Shown: in pieces, positions 25,910 to 36,004 of the stretch
Layout: the number at the start of each line of letters is the position of its first letter
Numbering within the stretch: position 1 is the first letter of the stretch
Origin: an uncultured Geobacter sp.
Lineage (GTDB): Bacteria > Desulfobacterota > Desulfuromonadia > Geobacterales > Geobacteraceae
NCBI GenBank assembly: GCA_937886325.1
Contig: CALABV010000051.1
Coordinates: 7,754-71,753 of the forward strand
Direction: 5' to 3'
DNA length: 64,000 nucleotides
Notes under the pieces: model-generated
Database searches by the model: none
The model's input: only the letters and a program-made list of their open reading frames with translations
Told to the model about the DNA's origin: nothing
Translations under genes and position numbers: made by a program

Positions 25910-28556
25910 AGGATTTCTGATCGTCATGGTGCTGGTTCTGGCCCTTTCGGCGTGCAGCGGAAAGACCAAAGAAGAGTTGTATGGGGAGGGCCGCAAGCAG
26001 CTTCAGGCAGGCAACCCCAACGGAGCGATCGTGCTCCTCAAAAACGCGCTGGAAAAGGACCAGAATTACCTCGATGCCCGCTACCAGCTTGCTTTGGCGT
26101 ACAAGGCAAGCGGAAAGTATGAGCAGGCGGAAAGGGAATTGCGAAAGGTCCGGCGGCAAGACCCCTCGCGCAGGGAAATGCAGCTTGAACTGGCGAGAGT
26201 GTATGCCCTGATGGTCAAACCGGATCAGGTCATCACCGAAATCGAAGGGTATCTGAAAACAAACGCTGAAACCCCGGAAACACTGGAACTTCAGGGAAAA
26301 GCGTACGCCCAGATAAACCGGCTGGATATGGGAGAAAACCTACTGCGGAAGTCCGTGCGGGCGGATCCGAGGCGATGGCCGGCCAAGATAGCGCTTGCGG
26401 CTGTCTATGCCCAGAGCGGCAGGTCGAATGATGCCCTTGGTTTGTTGTACGACGCGCTCCACCTTGACGGCAAGAGCACGGAGGCCTGGCATATGATCGC
26501 CCGCATCGAGGCCCATCAGGGCAACAGGGACAAGGCGCTCGAAGCGTACAAGCGGATAACCGAGATACGTCCCGAAGACACGGAAGCGACATTCAAATCC
26601 GGTCTCATCTACCTTGAGAAGGGAGACCGGGATCGTGCGGCCGGCCTTGCCGACGGTCTCGTGACCAGGTTTCCAAAACGACCGGAAGGGTACCTTCTGA
26701 AAGGAATGGTGTACTATCACGGAAGAGACTTCAAGAAAGCAATCGTCGAGCTTCAGAATTCGCTGAAGATCATGCCCGATCCCCGCACCTACTATTACCT
26801 CGGCCTCAGCCACTACCAGAACAGGGAACTGGAGACCGCGCTCAGCCAGTTTCAGAAAGTTCTCGACGTAACCCCGACATTCACGCCCGCCCGGCTTATG
26901 GTTTCCCTGATACTGCTCAGCCAGAAGCGGGTGGACGATGCGCTCACCGAATCCGAAAAGGTTCTGAAGCAGAACGATAAAAACGCACTGGCCCACAATA
27001 TCCGCGGCAGCGCCTTGATGGCGAAGGGAATGTACGACGAAGCGATGGCCGAGTTCGACAAGGCCATCGCCCTGGATCCGAAGCTTACCGACGTTCACCT
27101 GAAAAAGGGGCTGTATTACCTGGGCAAGGGGATGCCGACCCAGGCGGAGTCCGAGTTGCAGACCGCCGTTCGTCTTTCTCCCGACACGCTCAACAGCAGG
27201 ACCGTACTTGCCGCCCATTTCCTGAAGCAGAAGAATTACCAGAAAGCCATCAGCATCCTGCAGCAGGGGATCAAGGGTGGGACAACGGATGCCGTTCTCT
27301 ATAACACCATGGCCGGCGCCTATTTCAGCCAGAACAAAACAACGGAAGGGCTTGATTCCCTCCGGAAAGCGAAAGAGGCCAATCCGGACTATATTGCGCC
27401 CTACATGAACCTCGGCGGATACTATCTGTCCAGGAAAGAATACGGAAAGGCGCTCGGAGAATACCAGGCGCTCCTGAAGCGCAATCCCAACAACATCAAG
27501 GCTTTGCTGGCGACCGCATCCACGTTCGCGGTCATGGGAAAGGATGCGGAGGCGCTCGACTACTTCAGGAAGGCGGCAAACACCCGCCAACTCGCCGGCT
27601 ACCTCGCCCTTGCGGAGTATCATGCCCGCAAGAAGGACACGGACAAGGCGCTGAGTGTGCTCGACGAAGCGATCAAAGCGGATTCGCGCAATGTTGCCGC
27701 GCTGGAGATAAAGGGCAAACTGCTCCTCTCACAGAAAAAATACCAGGAAGCGGCTCAGTCTTTCGAGGCGCTCGAAAAAAGCAACCCCGACAGGGCCCTG
27801 CCGCTCCTGGTCGGTACCTATGAACTCATGAAAGACACGACCAAGGCCGAAGAGGCCGCCCGGAAGATTATCGCCGGGAAGCCGGCTTCGACCCGGGGAT
27901 ACCTGGCGCTTGCGTCGGTCTACGCCGGCAGGAACGACCTGGACCGCGCCATCGATACGGTGAAGAAGGGGATCGATGCAACCGGTGGAAATATTGAAGC
28001 AAGAGTCGCCCTGGCCAAACTGTACGAGACGAAACGGCAGTTCCCGCAGGCTCTCGAAATCTATCAGGAGATCCAGAAACGAAATCCGGAGAATATTCCC
28101 GCCGCATTTGCTGAGGGCGCCGTGTACGAAAAGATGGGCTCGACGGAGAAGGCAATCGGGAAATACCGAGAAATTCTGGCGAAATCCGAGACGTACGTGC
28201 CTGCTCTCAACAATCTGGCATATCTCTATTCCGACGGCCCTGAGAACCTGAGACGCCAGGCCCTGCGGTTCTCCGCAAGGGCCTATCGGCTTGCGCCGAA
28301 CCATCCCGGCATAATGGACACCTACGGCTATGCCTTGCTGCGCAACGGGAAGAGCCGCGAAGCTGCTGCCGTTCTGGAAAAATCCGCAGCCCTGCTGCCG
28401 TCGAACCCGACCGTCAAGTACCACCTGGCGCTGGCGTATACCGCACACGGCGACAGGCAAAGGGCCGTTGCAACCCTTCAGCGCGCCCTGCAGGCAAAGG
28501 ATTTCCCCGATGAGGGCAAGGCGCGGCGCCTGCTCGATGAATTGAGCAGGAAATAG
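25887..28556 (+). CDS. prsT: TPR-repeat lipoprotein of the PEP-CTERM-system type (PrsT-like)
   Basis: 889 aa with lipobox LALSAC and TPR repeats throughout. Size, lipoprotein signal and position at the head of the locus match my recollection of the PEP-CTERM TPR lipoprotein family. Confidence 0.8.
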   Translation: MEDTALSRGFLIVMVLVLALSACSGKTKEELYGEGRKQLQAGNPNGAIVLLKNALEKDQNYLDARYQLALAYKASGKYEQAERELRKVRRQDPSRREMQLELARVYALMVKPDQVITEIEGYLKTNAETPETLELQGKAYAQINRLDMGENLLRKSVRADPRRWPAKIALAAVYAQSGRSNDALGLLYDALHLDGKSTEAWHMIARIEAHQGNRDKALEAYKRITEIRPEDTEATFKSGLIYLEKGDRDRAAGLADGLVTRFPKRPEGYLLKGMVYYHGRDFKKAIVELQNSLKIMPDPRTYYYLGLSHYQNRELETALSQFQKVLDVTPTFTPARLMVSLILLSQKRVDDALTESEKVLKQNDKNALAHNIRGSALMAKGMYDEAMAEFDKAIALDPKLTDVHLKKGLYYLGKGMPTQAESELQTAVRLSPDTLNSRTVLAAHFLKQKNYQKAISILQQGIKGGTTDAVLYNTMAGAYFSQNKTTEGLDSLRKAKEANPDYIAPYMNLGGYYLSRKEYGKALGEYQALLKRNPNNIKALLATASTFAVMGKDAEALDYFRKAANTRQLAGYLALAEYHARKKDTDKALSVLDEAIKADSRNVAALEIKGKLLLSQKKYQEAAQSFEALEKSNPDRALPLLVGTYELMKDTTKAEEAARKIIAGKPASTRGYLALASVYAGRNDLDRAIDTVKKGIDATGGNIEARVALAKLYETKRQFPQALEIYQEIQKRNPENIPAAFAEGAVYEKMGSTEKAIGKYREILAKSETYVPALNNLAYLYSDGPENLRRQALRFSARAYRLAPNHPGIMDTYGYALLRNGKSREAAAVLEKSAALLPSNPTVKYHLALAYTAHGDRQRAVATLQRALQAKDFPDEGKARRLLDELSRK

Positions 28557-28572
28557 GGTCAAGGAAAAAGCC

Positions 28573-29934
28573 ATGTCATTCGCAACCATCATACTTCTTC
28601 TCGGAGATTGCGCCTGTGCGGTTATTGCACTCCTTACGGGCCATTTCGTGCGTTTCGACACGGCGCCGGACCTCTATGAATTCTTTGTCGGAGACGGACT
28701 GGACCTTGCCTTTTTCATCGTCATCGTTACGTTTGCCTCATACCTGATGGAGTTGTACGATACACAGAAAAAGCTGAGGAAGAGGGAAATTTTCGTCAGG
28801 TCGCTGGTGGCGGCGGCGGTATCGTTCTTCCTGCTCTCATCGCTTTTCTACATCATGCCTTTCCTGAAGTTCGGCCGGGGATTACTGCTGCTTTCGCTGT
28901 TGAACTTCGTCTTTTTCCAGTTCCTGTGGCACATCATCCACAAATACGTCCATGAACTTTCCATCGAGCGGAGGGTCCTGGTAATCGGCACCGGTCCCTT
29001 GGCAAAGCTGATTGGCGGGCTTATCGTGACCACAAACCATACCCATAAGCTCGCCGGGTATTTCGGCTGCTGTCGGGAAACCATCGAGGTGCCCGGTGAA
29101 TGCATCATCGGTTCAGGCGAAGAGGGAATCGTTGAAGCAGCGCGGCGTGAAAACGCGGAAAAGATCGTGATATCGCTGACCGAACGGCGTGGAAGCATCC
29201 CTCTGAGAGATCTGATGGACTGCAAATTCAGCGGGATCGAGGTTACGGACGCGCCCTCTTTCTACGAGCAGGTCACGGGAAAACTGCTGCTGGAAAGCAT
29301 TACGCCCGGATGGTTCATCTTTTCAAACGGCTTCAAGGTGACGCGACCCGCCCGCGCCTTCAAGAGGATATTCGACAAGATTCTGTCGTGCATAGGCGTA
29401 ATTGTCACGCTGCCCCTTTTTCCGCTCATTGCCCTGGCAATCAAGGCAACCTCTCCCGGACCCGTGCTGTTCAGGCAGGTGAGGACCGGCAAGCATGAAA
29501 AGGAATTCGTGCTCTATAAATTCAGGACCATGCGTACAAACGCCGAGACGAACACGGGCGCCGTCTGGGCGCAGAAAGACGATCCCAGGGTCACACCTGT
29601 CGGCAAATTCCTGAGAAAATCGAGGCTCGATGAGCTGCCCCAGCTGTTCAATGTCCTGAAGGGCGACATGAGCTTCATCGGTCCGCGACCGGAGCGGCCC
29701 GAGTTTGTCGAGAAGTTGAAAGAGCGGATCCCCTACTATTCCCACAGGCATTTCGTCAAGCCGGGAATAACCGGATGGGCGCAGATAAAATATCCCTACG
29801 GCGCGTCCGTGGAAGATGCCCTCGAAAAATTGCGGTATGATTTGTACTATATTAAAAATTTATCAATCACACTTGATCTGCTGATATTTTTTGAGACCAT
29901 TAAGGTGATTCTGTACAGCAGGGGCGGAAGGTAA
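28573..29934 (+). CDS. Polyprenyl-phosphate glycosyl-1-phosphate transferase (bacterial sugar transferase, initiating enzyme)
   Basis: N-terminal TM bundle plus C-terminal domain KRIFDK..PLFPLIALAIKATSPGPVLFRQVRTGKHEKEFVLYKFRTM..DELPQLFNVLKGDMSFIGPRPERPEF. Confidence 0.9.
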   Translation: MSFATIILLLGDCACAVIALLTGHFVRFDTAPDLYEFFVGDGLDLAFFIVIVTFASYLMELYDTQKKLRKREIFVRSLVAAAVSFFLLSSLFYIMPFLKFGRGLLLLSLLNFVFFQFLWHIIHKYVHELSIERRVLVIGTGPLAKLIGGLIVTTNHTHKLAGYFGCCRETIEVPGECIIGSGEEGIVEAARRENAEKIVISLTERRGSIPLRDLMDCKFSGIEVTDAPSFYEQVTGKLLLESITPGWFIFSNGFKVTRPARAFKRIFDKILSCIGVIVTLPLFPLIALAIKATSPGPVLFRQVRTGKHEKEFVLYKFRTMRTNAETNTGAVWAQKDDPRVTPVGKFLRKSRLDELPQLFNVLKGDMSFIGPRPERPEFVEKLKERIPYYSHRHFVKPGITGWAQIKYPYGASVEDALEKLRYDLYYIKNLSITLDLLIFFETIKVILYSRGGR

Positions 29935-29940
29935 AAAGGC

Positions 29941-30018
29941 CAGGGTTCAAGGGGTCGAGGGTTCCAGGGTTCAAGTGAAAGCCCTAGACCCCTAGACCCC
30001 TCGCCCCCTCGAACCCTG
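29941..30018 (+). repeat. G-rich/C-rich arm hairpin repeat (empty version of the four-helix-bundle cassette arms)
   Basis: CAGGGTTCAAGGGGTCGAGGGTTCCAGGGTTCAAG - TGAAAG - CCCTAGACCCCTAGACCCCTCGCCCCCTCGAACCCTG. The left arm is ~90% identical over ~40 nt to 55241-55282. It is built of 8-nt AGGGKTCN units facing CCCTNGNN units. Confidence 0.8.
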
Positions 30019-30038
30019 CATTCAAAGAGGAGAACACC

Positions 30039-30845
30039 ATGAAAAGATTACTGTTTGCGGCACTGATTGTTCTGGCGCTTCCCTTTGCGGCGTCAGCGGC
30101 GGATGATGACTATGTCATCGGCGATGGCGACGGTCTGCAGATTGGCGTCTGGGGTGTCCCGGAAATGAGCGTGGCCGTAACGGTAAGACCCGACGGCAAG
30201 ATTACTCTTCCGGCAGCCGGTGACGTGACCGCCGCGGGTTTTACACCGCCGCAACTGGCGACGAAGCTCTCCGAAAGACTGAGCGAATTTGTCAAGAAGC
30301 CGATTGTAACGGTAACGGTGACCGGCATGACCAACAGCAAGATATACGTCATCGGCGGAGGGGTCGCTTCCGGCGTCTACAGCCTGCCCGGGAGGACGAC
30401 CCTGATGAAATTCCTGAGCAGATTCGGCAATTTCAACACGGCGGATCTGGATCACGCCTATATCGTCCGGGACGGGAAAAAATTGGATGTCAACTTCACG
30501 AAACTCCTGGTCAAGGGTGATTTCGCCTCCGACATCCCCCTCATGTCCGAGGATATCATCTTCATCCCCGACAACGAACTGAAGAAGATATATGTCATGG
30601 GCGCCGTGGCCAGCCCCAAGTATGTCTTCTACCGTGAAAACATCAGAATTCTCGATGCCATTCTTGAAGCCGGCGGATTCACGAAATTCGCGAAGGAGAA
30701 CAGTGTCATCGTTCAGCGAAAAACGCCGCAGGGGATGCAGGAGATCCCGGTGAAGGTCAAGGACCTGATGAAGGACGGCGACCTCAGCCAGAATATCCCC
30801 CTGCAACCCGGCGACTTCGTTATCGTTAAGGAAGGCATTTTCTAA
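30039..30845 (+). CDS. Polysaccharide export protein (Wza-like Poly_export + SLBB)
   Basis: Signal peptide, then YVIGDGDGLQIGVWGVPEMSVAVTVRPDGKITLPAAGDVTAAGFTPPQLATKL, typical of the Poly_export domain. Confidence 0.88.
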   Translation: MKRLLFAALIVLALPFAASAADDDYVIGDGDGLQIGVWGVPEMSVAVTVRPDGKITLPAAGDVTAAGFTPPQLATKLSERLSEFVKKPIVTVTVTGMTNSKIYVIGGGVASGVYSLPGRTTLMKFLSRFGNFNTADLDHAYIVRDGKKLDVNFTKLLVKGDFASDIPLMSEDIIFIPDNELKKIYVMGAVASPKYVFYRENIRILDAILEAGGFTKFAKENSVIVQRKTPQGMQEIPVKVKDLMKDGDLSQNIPLQPGDFVIVKEGIF

Positions 30846-30866
30846 GACGAGATTCGGGAGAGAACC

Positions 30867-32402
30867 ATGGAATCACCACGGAAGGAATTGGGAAAATACC
30901 TGGCAATGATAGTCAAGCGCCGTTATCTGTTTGTGGTTGTGGCGCTTGCCGTCATGTCGGTGTTCGCCTGGGGAGGGTATCTGCTTCCTACGAAATATGA
31001 GGCAAAAAGCACCATTTTCATCGAGAAGACCGTGATCGGCGAACTGGTGAAGGGGATTGCCATCTCCCCCTCCATTGCAGACAAGGTGCGGGTGCTCAGG
31101 TATGCGCTGCTCAGCCGGGGGCTCATCCTGCGGGTGATGAATGACCTGGACCTGGACGTCAAGGCCAAGACCCCCAAACAGCAGGAGCTGATGATTGAGG
31201 ACTTTCAGAAAAGAACCGAGATCAGCGTCAAGGGGAACGATCTCTTCATAGTCTCGATCCGGGACAAGGACCCGCGGCTTGCCACCAACTATGTGAATGC
31301 GCTGGTCAGACGGTACCTTGAAGAGAATGTTTCGGCCAAGAGGGAGGAATCCTACGGCGCCAACCGCTTCCTGGCGGAGCAACTTGCCCTCTTCAAGCAA
31401 AAGCTCAACAAGGCGGATGAAGAGGTGATCAAGTTCCGCCAGAAGCAGGGTGTGGCGGTGGCCATGGATGAGGAAGGCATCGTTAAGGAGATTAAGGTAT
31501 TTAAAGCCCAGATGGATGAAGGCCGCATGCGCAGAAATGAGCTTGCGAGCACCCTGAGAACCGTCAGGATTCAGATGAAAAGCGTCCAGCCCACGGTTTC
31601 CATCCTGAGCACCAAGGCGGGCGGAGGCAGTGTTCAGGCCCTTGAAAACAGGATAAAGCTGCTCCTGGTCAGCTACACGGAGAATTATCCCGAAATCGTG
31701 AAGCTGCGGGCCGAGATCGAAGCGATCAAGAAGCAGAACAAGGCCCCTGCCGCCGGCGGCGTAGCGTCCGAAGAAATGACCACAGTGAATCCCGTGTATC
31801 AGCAACTGGAACAGGCCGCCCTGCAGACCGAGGCGGAGATCCAGGCCCTCAATGCCAAGATCGGGCAGCTGGGCGGCCTGATAGCCGAGCGGGAGCGTGA
31901 ATTGAGGAATGTGCCGGCAAACAAGAAGTTGCTGGCCGACCTGGAGCAGGAAAGAAGCACCTACAAGAACATGTATGCCGAGTTGCAGGCCCGCGCCGGT
32001 GTTTCCGAGGTCTCCAAGCAGATGGAAGTGGGGGACAAGTCCGCGGCGTTCCGAATCGTCGATCCGGCCGTTGTGCCGGTGAAACCGGTGAGCCCCGACC
32101 GGGTGAAACTGATCCTCGCCGGAATTTTCCTCGGCATCGTGGGAGGGTTCGGCGGAGTGCTCCTGCGGGAAGCTCTCGATTCCTCCATCAAAGACCTTCA
32201 TACGCTGAAGGGATTGGGTGTTACCATTCTGGCCGTGATCCCGAAAATGACGAACGCCGCGGAGGAGCTGGAGGTACAAAAGCGAGACAGGAAGGTCTTC
32301 ATTGCGGCCGGTTGTTATTTCATGGTTATCTGTCTGCTCCTTGTACACGAAATGCTAAGCCTGACCTATGTGGACCACATATTCTCATTCCTGCAGCTCT
32401 GA
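30867..32402 (+). CDS. Polysaccharide chain-length determinant (Wzz/GumC-like, PEP-CTERM locus type)
   Basis: N-terminal TM + Wzz region, long coiled-coil, C-terminal TM (LILAGIFLGIVGGFGGVLL). 511 aa. Confidence 0.85.
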   Translation: MESPRKELGKYLAMIVKRRYLFVVVALAVMSVFAWGGYLLPTKYEAKSTIFIEKTVIGELVKGIAISPSIADKVRVLRYALLSRGLILRVMNDLDLDVKAKTPKQQELMIEDFQKRTEISVKGNDLFIVSIRDKDPRLATNYVNALVRRYLEENVSAKREESYGANRFLAEQLALFKQKLNKADEEVIKFRQKQGVAVAMDEEGIVKEIKVFKAQMDEGRMRRNELASTLRTVRIQMKSVQPTVSILSTKAGGGSVQALENRIKLLLVSYTENYPEIVKLRAEIEAIKKQNKAPAAGGVASEEMTTVNPVYQQLEQAALQTEAEIQALNAKIGQLGGLIAERERELRNVPANKKLLADLEQERSTYKNMYAELQARAGVSEVSKQMEVGDKSAAFRIVDPAVVPVKPVSPDRVKLILAGIFLGIVGGFGGVLLREALDSSIKDLHTLKGLGVTILAVIPKMTNAAEELEVQKRDRKVFIAAGCYFMVICLLLVHEMLSLTYVDHIFSFLQL

Positions 32403-32459
32403 ACGTGTTACGGGCCATATGAGGCCGGATGCGGAAACAACGGAAGAAAGGATGTCCCT

Positions 32460-33296
32460 ATGAGCAGAATCGAGAAAGCGCTCGAGAAAGCCGTACAGAT
32501 GCGGCAGGAGAAAGCCCCGGAAAGAACGCCGGAAAAAAGGGAGCCTGACGCACCGGTCCCGAAAGTGTTCGAAGCGGACCAGCATCCCGAGATAACGAGT
32601 CCCTACCTGATTACCGTTCAGGAGCCGGGATCTCCGGTGTCGGAAGAATACAGGAAACTCAAGTCCCTTATCGTCAGGATGACGCAGGATAAGTTTCTCA
32701 ACACCATCATGGTGACGAGCACCTGCAAGGGAGAAGGAAAAACCATTACCGCCCTGAATCTGGCCATTACCCTTGCCCAGGAATACGACCATACCGTGCT
32801 GCTGGTGGACGCGGACCTCCGCGCGCCGTCCATCACCAGGTATCTGGGCATCAAGGCGGATGCGGGCCTTTCCGACTGCCTTTCCAACGGCAGGGATATC
32901 GGGAGCGCCCTGGTGAAGACCGGCATCGGCAAGCTGGTGCTCTTCCCAGCCGGCGCCACGGTTTCGAACCCCGTGGAAATGCTGTCTTCCAGCCGCATGA
33001 AGCAGCTCGTGCAGGAATTGAAGAACAGGTACCGGGACCGCTACATCATCTTCGACACCCCGCCCGTCCTGCAATTCGCCGAGGCCCACGCCATCGGATC
33101 CTGTGTCGACGGGGTTGTATTCGTGGTCGGCGAAGGGCAGGCGCCGGTGAATGACGTGAAGGAAGCGTTCCGGTTGCTGAAGGATTGCGAAATGCTCGGC
33201 GTGGTCTTTAACAACGTCGCCTCGGCGCGTTTTACCGAGGGGTACAACTACCGGTACAGCTACAAGTACTACAAGAAAAGCTCCTATGGCGATTGA
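32460..33296 (+). CDS. BY-type tyrosine autokinase (CpsD/CapB-like)
   Basis: Walker A CKGEGKT, Walker A' VLLVDADLR, Walker B IIFDTPP, and a Tyr-rich tail GYNYRYSYKYYKKSSYGD. Confidence 0.88.
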   Translation: MSRIEKALEKAVQMRQEKAPERTPEKREPDAPVPKVFEADQHPEITSPYLITVQEPGSPVSEEYRKLKSLIVRMTQDKFLNTIMVTSTCKGEGKTITALNLAITLAQEYDHTVLLVDADLRAPSITRYLGIKADAGLSDCLSNGRDIGSALVKTGIGKLVLFPAGATVSNPVEMLSSSRMKQLVQELKNRYRDRYIIFDTPPVLQFAEAHAIGSCVDGVVFVVGEGQAPVNDVKEAFRLLKDCEMLGVVFNNVASARFTEGYNYRYSYKYYKKSSYGD

Positions 33297-33364
33297 TTTC
33301 CGGCCGGAAACCGGTTGCCGCCGTAGAGAGGGTCGATGGTAATCGGGAGAAAGGGTGAGGACAC

Positions 33365-34723
33365 ATGAACATTCCGAGAGTCAAGGTTTTACTTGCCGTG
33401 CTGGCGTTTTCCTTGGGGCTGTCTGCTGTCGCCCAAGCGGAGTTCCGGTTCTCACCGTACATCGGTATCAGGGAAGAGTACAACGACAACATCGACTCCT
33501 CCGCTACCGACAAACGAGAGGATTTCATCACGACCGTCAACCCGGGAATCAACATGTCCTACGGCGGGGAACTCCTTGATTTTTATCTGGACTACGGACT
33601 GCGCTACCTCATCTATGCCCGCAATACGAAAGAGAACGAGCTGTATAATAACGTCAATCTGCAGTCCACCATACGGCCGTTCAGGAAGTATTTCTTCATC
33701 AGGCTCTCGGATTTCTTTTCCCTGGTGCCCATCGACCAGAGACGTCCGGTGGGCTACGAAAACAATCTGACAAACCTGACCAATTCAAATATCTTTTCGG
33801 TCAACCCTTATTTCGAATACCCCCTGAGCGCGACTTTCACGGTCAAGGCCGGCTACGCCTACCAGAATTCCTGGTACGAGAGCAAGGACGGTGACGACAG
33901 CCAGGACCATACCATCACCGCGGGCGTGAGCAAGGAGTTCTCGTCCCGACTTGCGGCGTCTCTTTTCTACAATTATCAGTTCCACCGGCCTGAAATGAAA
34001 CTGGACGCCTACGACAGGCAGGGCGCGACACTTTCCCTGAATTACGGCCTGACCGAAAAGCTGTTCTTCGAAGGTTCAGTAGGCTGGACCATGTTCGATT
34101 ACACCAAACAGAACAGAGACTTCAGCGATATCCCCTGGAGCGCCAACGCGCGCTATATCCTGTCTCCGTCGCTGACGCTTCGGGCGGGCTACTCGAAGAG
34201 CTACAGTGACACATCGAGCCAGACGCCGGCAACGGCGGGCAGTTTTGCGCCCGCCTCGGAGGGCATCATCTACCCGGGCGAGTCCTATATTATCATCGAC
34301 GGGAAAGTCATTCCCGCATCCTCGGTGCGGCTCGACTCCATCGATGGGGGGCTCTACCGCAGCGAATCCTTCACGGTCGGGGTTGCCTATTCCGGAAAAA
34401 TGTCGGCCGGCCTTTCCGGGTTCCTGAACAAAAACAAATACATGGACATCGACAGGGATGACCGGTCCACCGGCGTTAATCTGTCAGTAATGGTACCGCT
34501 CACTTCCCTTATCACCGCAAATGTGAACGGCCTGTACAGCTACAACAAATATCGCCCCGATAACGAGAAAGTAAACCGTTACGGGGCACGCCTGGCCCTT
34601 GACTATGCCCTGAAAATCACCACCCTGACCCTGGGCTATGCTTTCAGCTGCGATGATTCCAATTTCGATGGAAATGATTACACCACAAATGTCGTCTGGA
34701 TCGGGGCACGCTTTGTATTCTGA
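33365..34723 (+). CDS. Outer-membrane beta-barrel protein of unknown function (PEP-CTERM-locus associated type)
   Basis: Signal peptide ..LGLSAVAQA, alternating beta-strand pattern rich in Y/N/S/G, and a C-terminal ..WIGARFVF aromatic terminus. Confidence 0.75.
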   Translation: MNIPRVKVLLAVLAFSLGLSAVAQAEFRFSPYIGIREEYNDNIDSSATDKREDFITTVNPGINMSYGGELLDFYLDYGLRYLIYARNTKENELYNNVNLQSTIRPFRKYFFIRLSDFFSLVPIDQRRPVGYENNLTNLTNSNIFSVNPYFEYPLSATFTVKAGYAYQNSWYESKDGDDSQDHTITAGVSKEFSSRLAASLFYNYQFHRPEMKLDAYDRQGATLSLNYGLTEKLFFEGSVGWTMFDYTKQNRDFSDIPWSANARYILSPSLTLRAGYSKSYSDTSSQTPATAGSFAPASEGIIYPGESYIIIDGKVIPASSVRLDSIDGGLYRSESFTVGVAYSGKMSAGLSGFLNKNKYMDIDRDDRSTGVNLSVMVPLTSLITANVNGLYSYNKYRPDNEKVNRYGARLALDYALKITTLTLGYAFSCDDSNFDGNDYTTNVVWIGARFVF

Positions 34724-34736
34724 GGGATATTCAACC

Positions 34737-35894
34737 ATGTATGAGAAATTCTTCGAACTGGAGAAAAAGCCCTTCGAACTGGTTCCGAATCCCGAGTTCC
34801 TGTTCCTGAGCAAATCCCATAAAAAGGCGATCGTCTACCTAGACTACGGCCTCAAGGAGCACTCCGGGTTTATCCTTGTAACCGGGGAGGTGGGGTCCGG
34901 AAAAACGACGATAGTCCGCAACCTGCTCAAAAACCTGGACGACACGGTAACCCTGTCCAAGGTTTTCAATACCAAAGTCACATCCGAACAACTCATCGCC
35001 ATGGTGAATGACGACTTCGGCCTGGATACCGCTCACAAGGACAAGATAACCCTGTTGCGGGAACTGACCGACTTTCTCATCGACCAGCATGCCGCGGGCC
35101 GCTGGCCGACCCTTATCATCGATGAGGCGCAGAACCTCTCCGGCGAGTTGCTTGAAGAAGTCCGGATGCTGTCCAATCTGGAAACCGACACCAGCAAGCT
35201 GTTGCAGATAATTCTAGTCGGCCAGCCGGAATTGAGAAAAACCCTGGCCCAGCCGGAATTGAGACAGCTCAGGCAGCGCATCAGCATCAGCTGTCATTTG
35301 ATGCCCTTGTCGAGACAGGAAACCGAGGACTATATTTTCCACCGGCTCGAGATAGCCGGCAACCGTAACGCGGTTTCCTTTGACGACGGAAGCATCGACA
35401 TCATCTACAGCTTCAGCAGGGGGATACCAAGGCTGGTCAATATCATCTGCGACTTTCTCATGCTCTCAGCCTTCGCGGAAGAGACAAGGCGGATGACAAA
35501 GGAACTGGTGCAGGAAGTGATCGGTGAAATAGAAATCGAGAATGCCTATTGGAATGACGTTACCCCTGAAGGCTCGTTTCCGGGGAACAGGACGTTCCTG
35601 TTCGACATCAACGAAAGGCTGTCCCGGCTGGAAGAGTTCGTCGCCCATACCGGCATCACGGAAAAAGAGAAGCTGAATCTTCATGACAGCGTAGCGGGCA
35701 TGGAAAAACATGTATCCACTTTCATGGCAAAGTCGCAAGCCGATATGGCCGTCCTTGACGCCCAGATTAAGGATGCTCTGCGGGAATTCGACGAGCTCAA
35801 AATGAGCGCCTGGATCAACAACGCACGCTCAACGATAGATGTCGCGAGGGCGGAGCCTGAAAAGAAGCGTCTCTGGGGAAGGCTTTTCGGCTGA
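34737..35894 (+). CDS. ExeA-like AAA ATPase (putative secretion ATPase of PEP-CTERM loci)
   Basis: Start at MYEKFFELEKKPFELVPNPEFLF. Walker A GEVGSGKTT, Walker B LIIDEAQNL. The upstream 33 codons of the track ORF overlap the previous gene. Confidence 0.85.
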   Translation: MYEKFFELEKKPFELVPNPEFLFLSKSHKKAIVYLDYGLKEHSGFILVTGEVGSGKTTIVRNLLKNLDDTVTLSKVFNTKVTSEQLIAMVNDDFGLDTAHKDKITLLRELTDFLIDQHAAGRWPTLIIDEAQNLSGELLEEVRMLSNLETDTSKLLQIILVGQPELRKTLAQPELRQLRQRISISCHLMPLSRQETEDYIFHRLEIAGNRNAVSFDDGSIDIIYSFSRGIPRLVNIICDFLMLSAFAEETRRMTKELVQEVIGEIEIENAYWNDVTPEGSFPGNRTFLFDINERLSRLEEFVAHTGITEKEKLNLHDSVAGMEKHVSTFMAKSQADMAVLDAQIKDALREFDELKMSAWINNARSTIDVARAEPEKKRLWGRLFG

Positions 35895-36004
35895 CCCCCC
35901 GCATTGCTGGAAGCGAAAGGTTTTGTATGCGCCGCAGCGTAGGAGTGCACGTCATGCGCACGTTGTTCATGAGTGGTGGAGAGCTATGAGAAGGGGGCCT
36001 GAAA

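Noticed and set aside
29941-30018. Considered whether the 8-nt periodic G-rich/C-rich units (also at 55245-55321 and 55769-55832) were a CRISPR-like array.
   Set aside because: The units are contiguous with no spacers, only 8 nt long, and arranged as two complementary arms. No cas genes are present. They fit an IVS/hairpin repeat instead.
30873-32348. 491-aa ORF antisense to almost the entire chain-length-determinant gene.
   Set aside because: The sense frame has clear Wzz architecture (TM, coiled coil, TM) and a good SD. The antisense product is low-complexity and Arg/Gly/His/Leu-rich, as expected from stop-codon depletion opposite GC3-rich codons.
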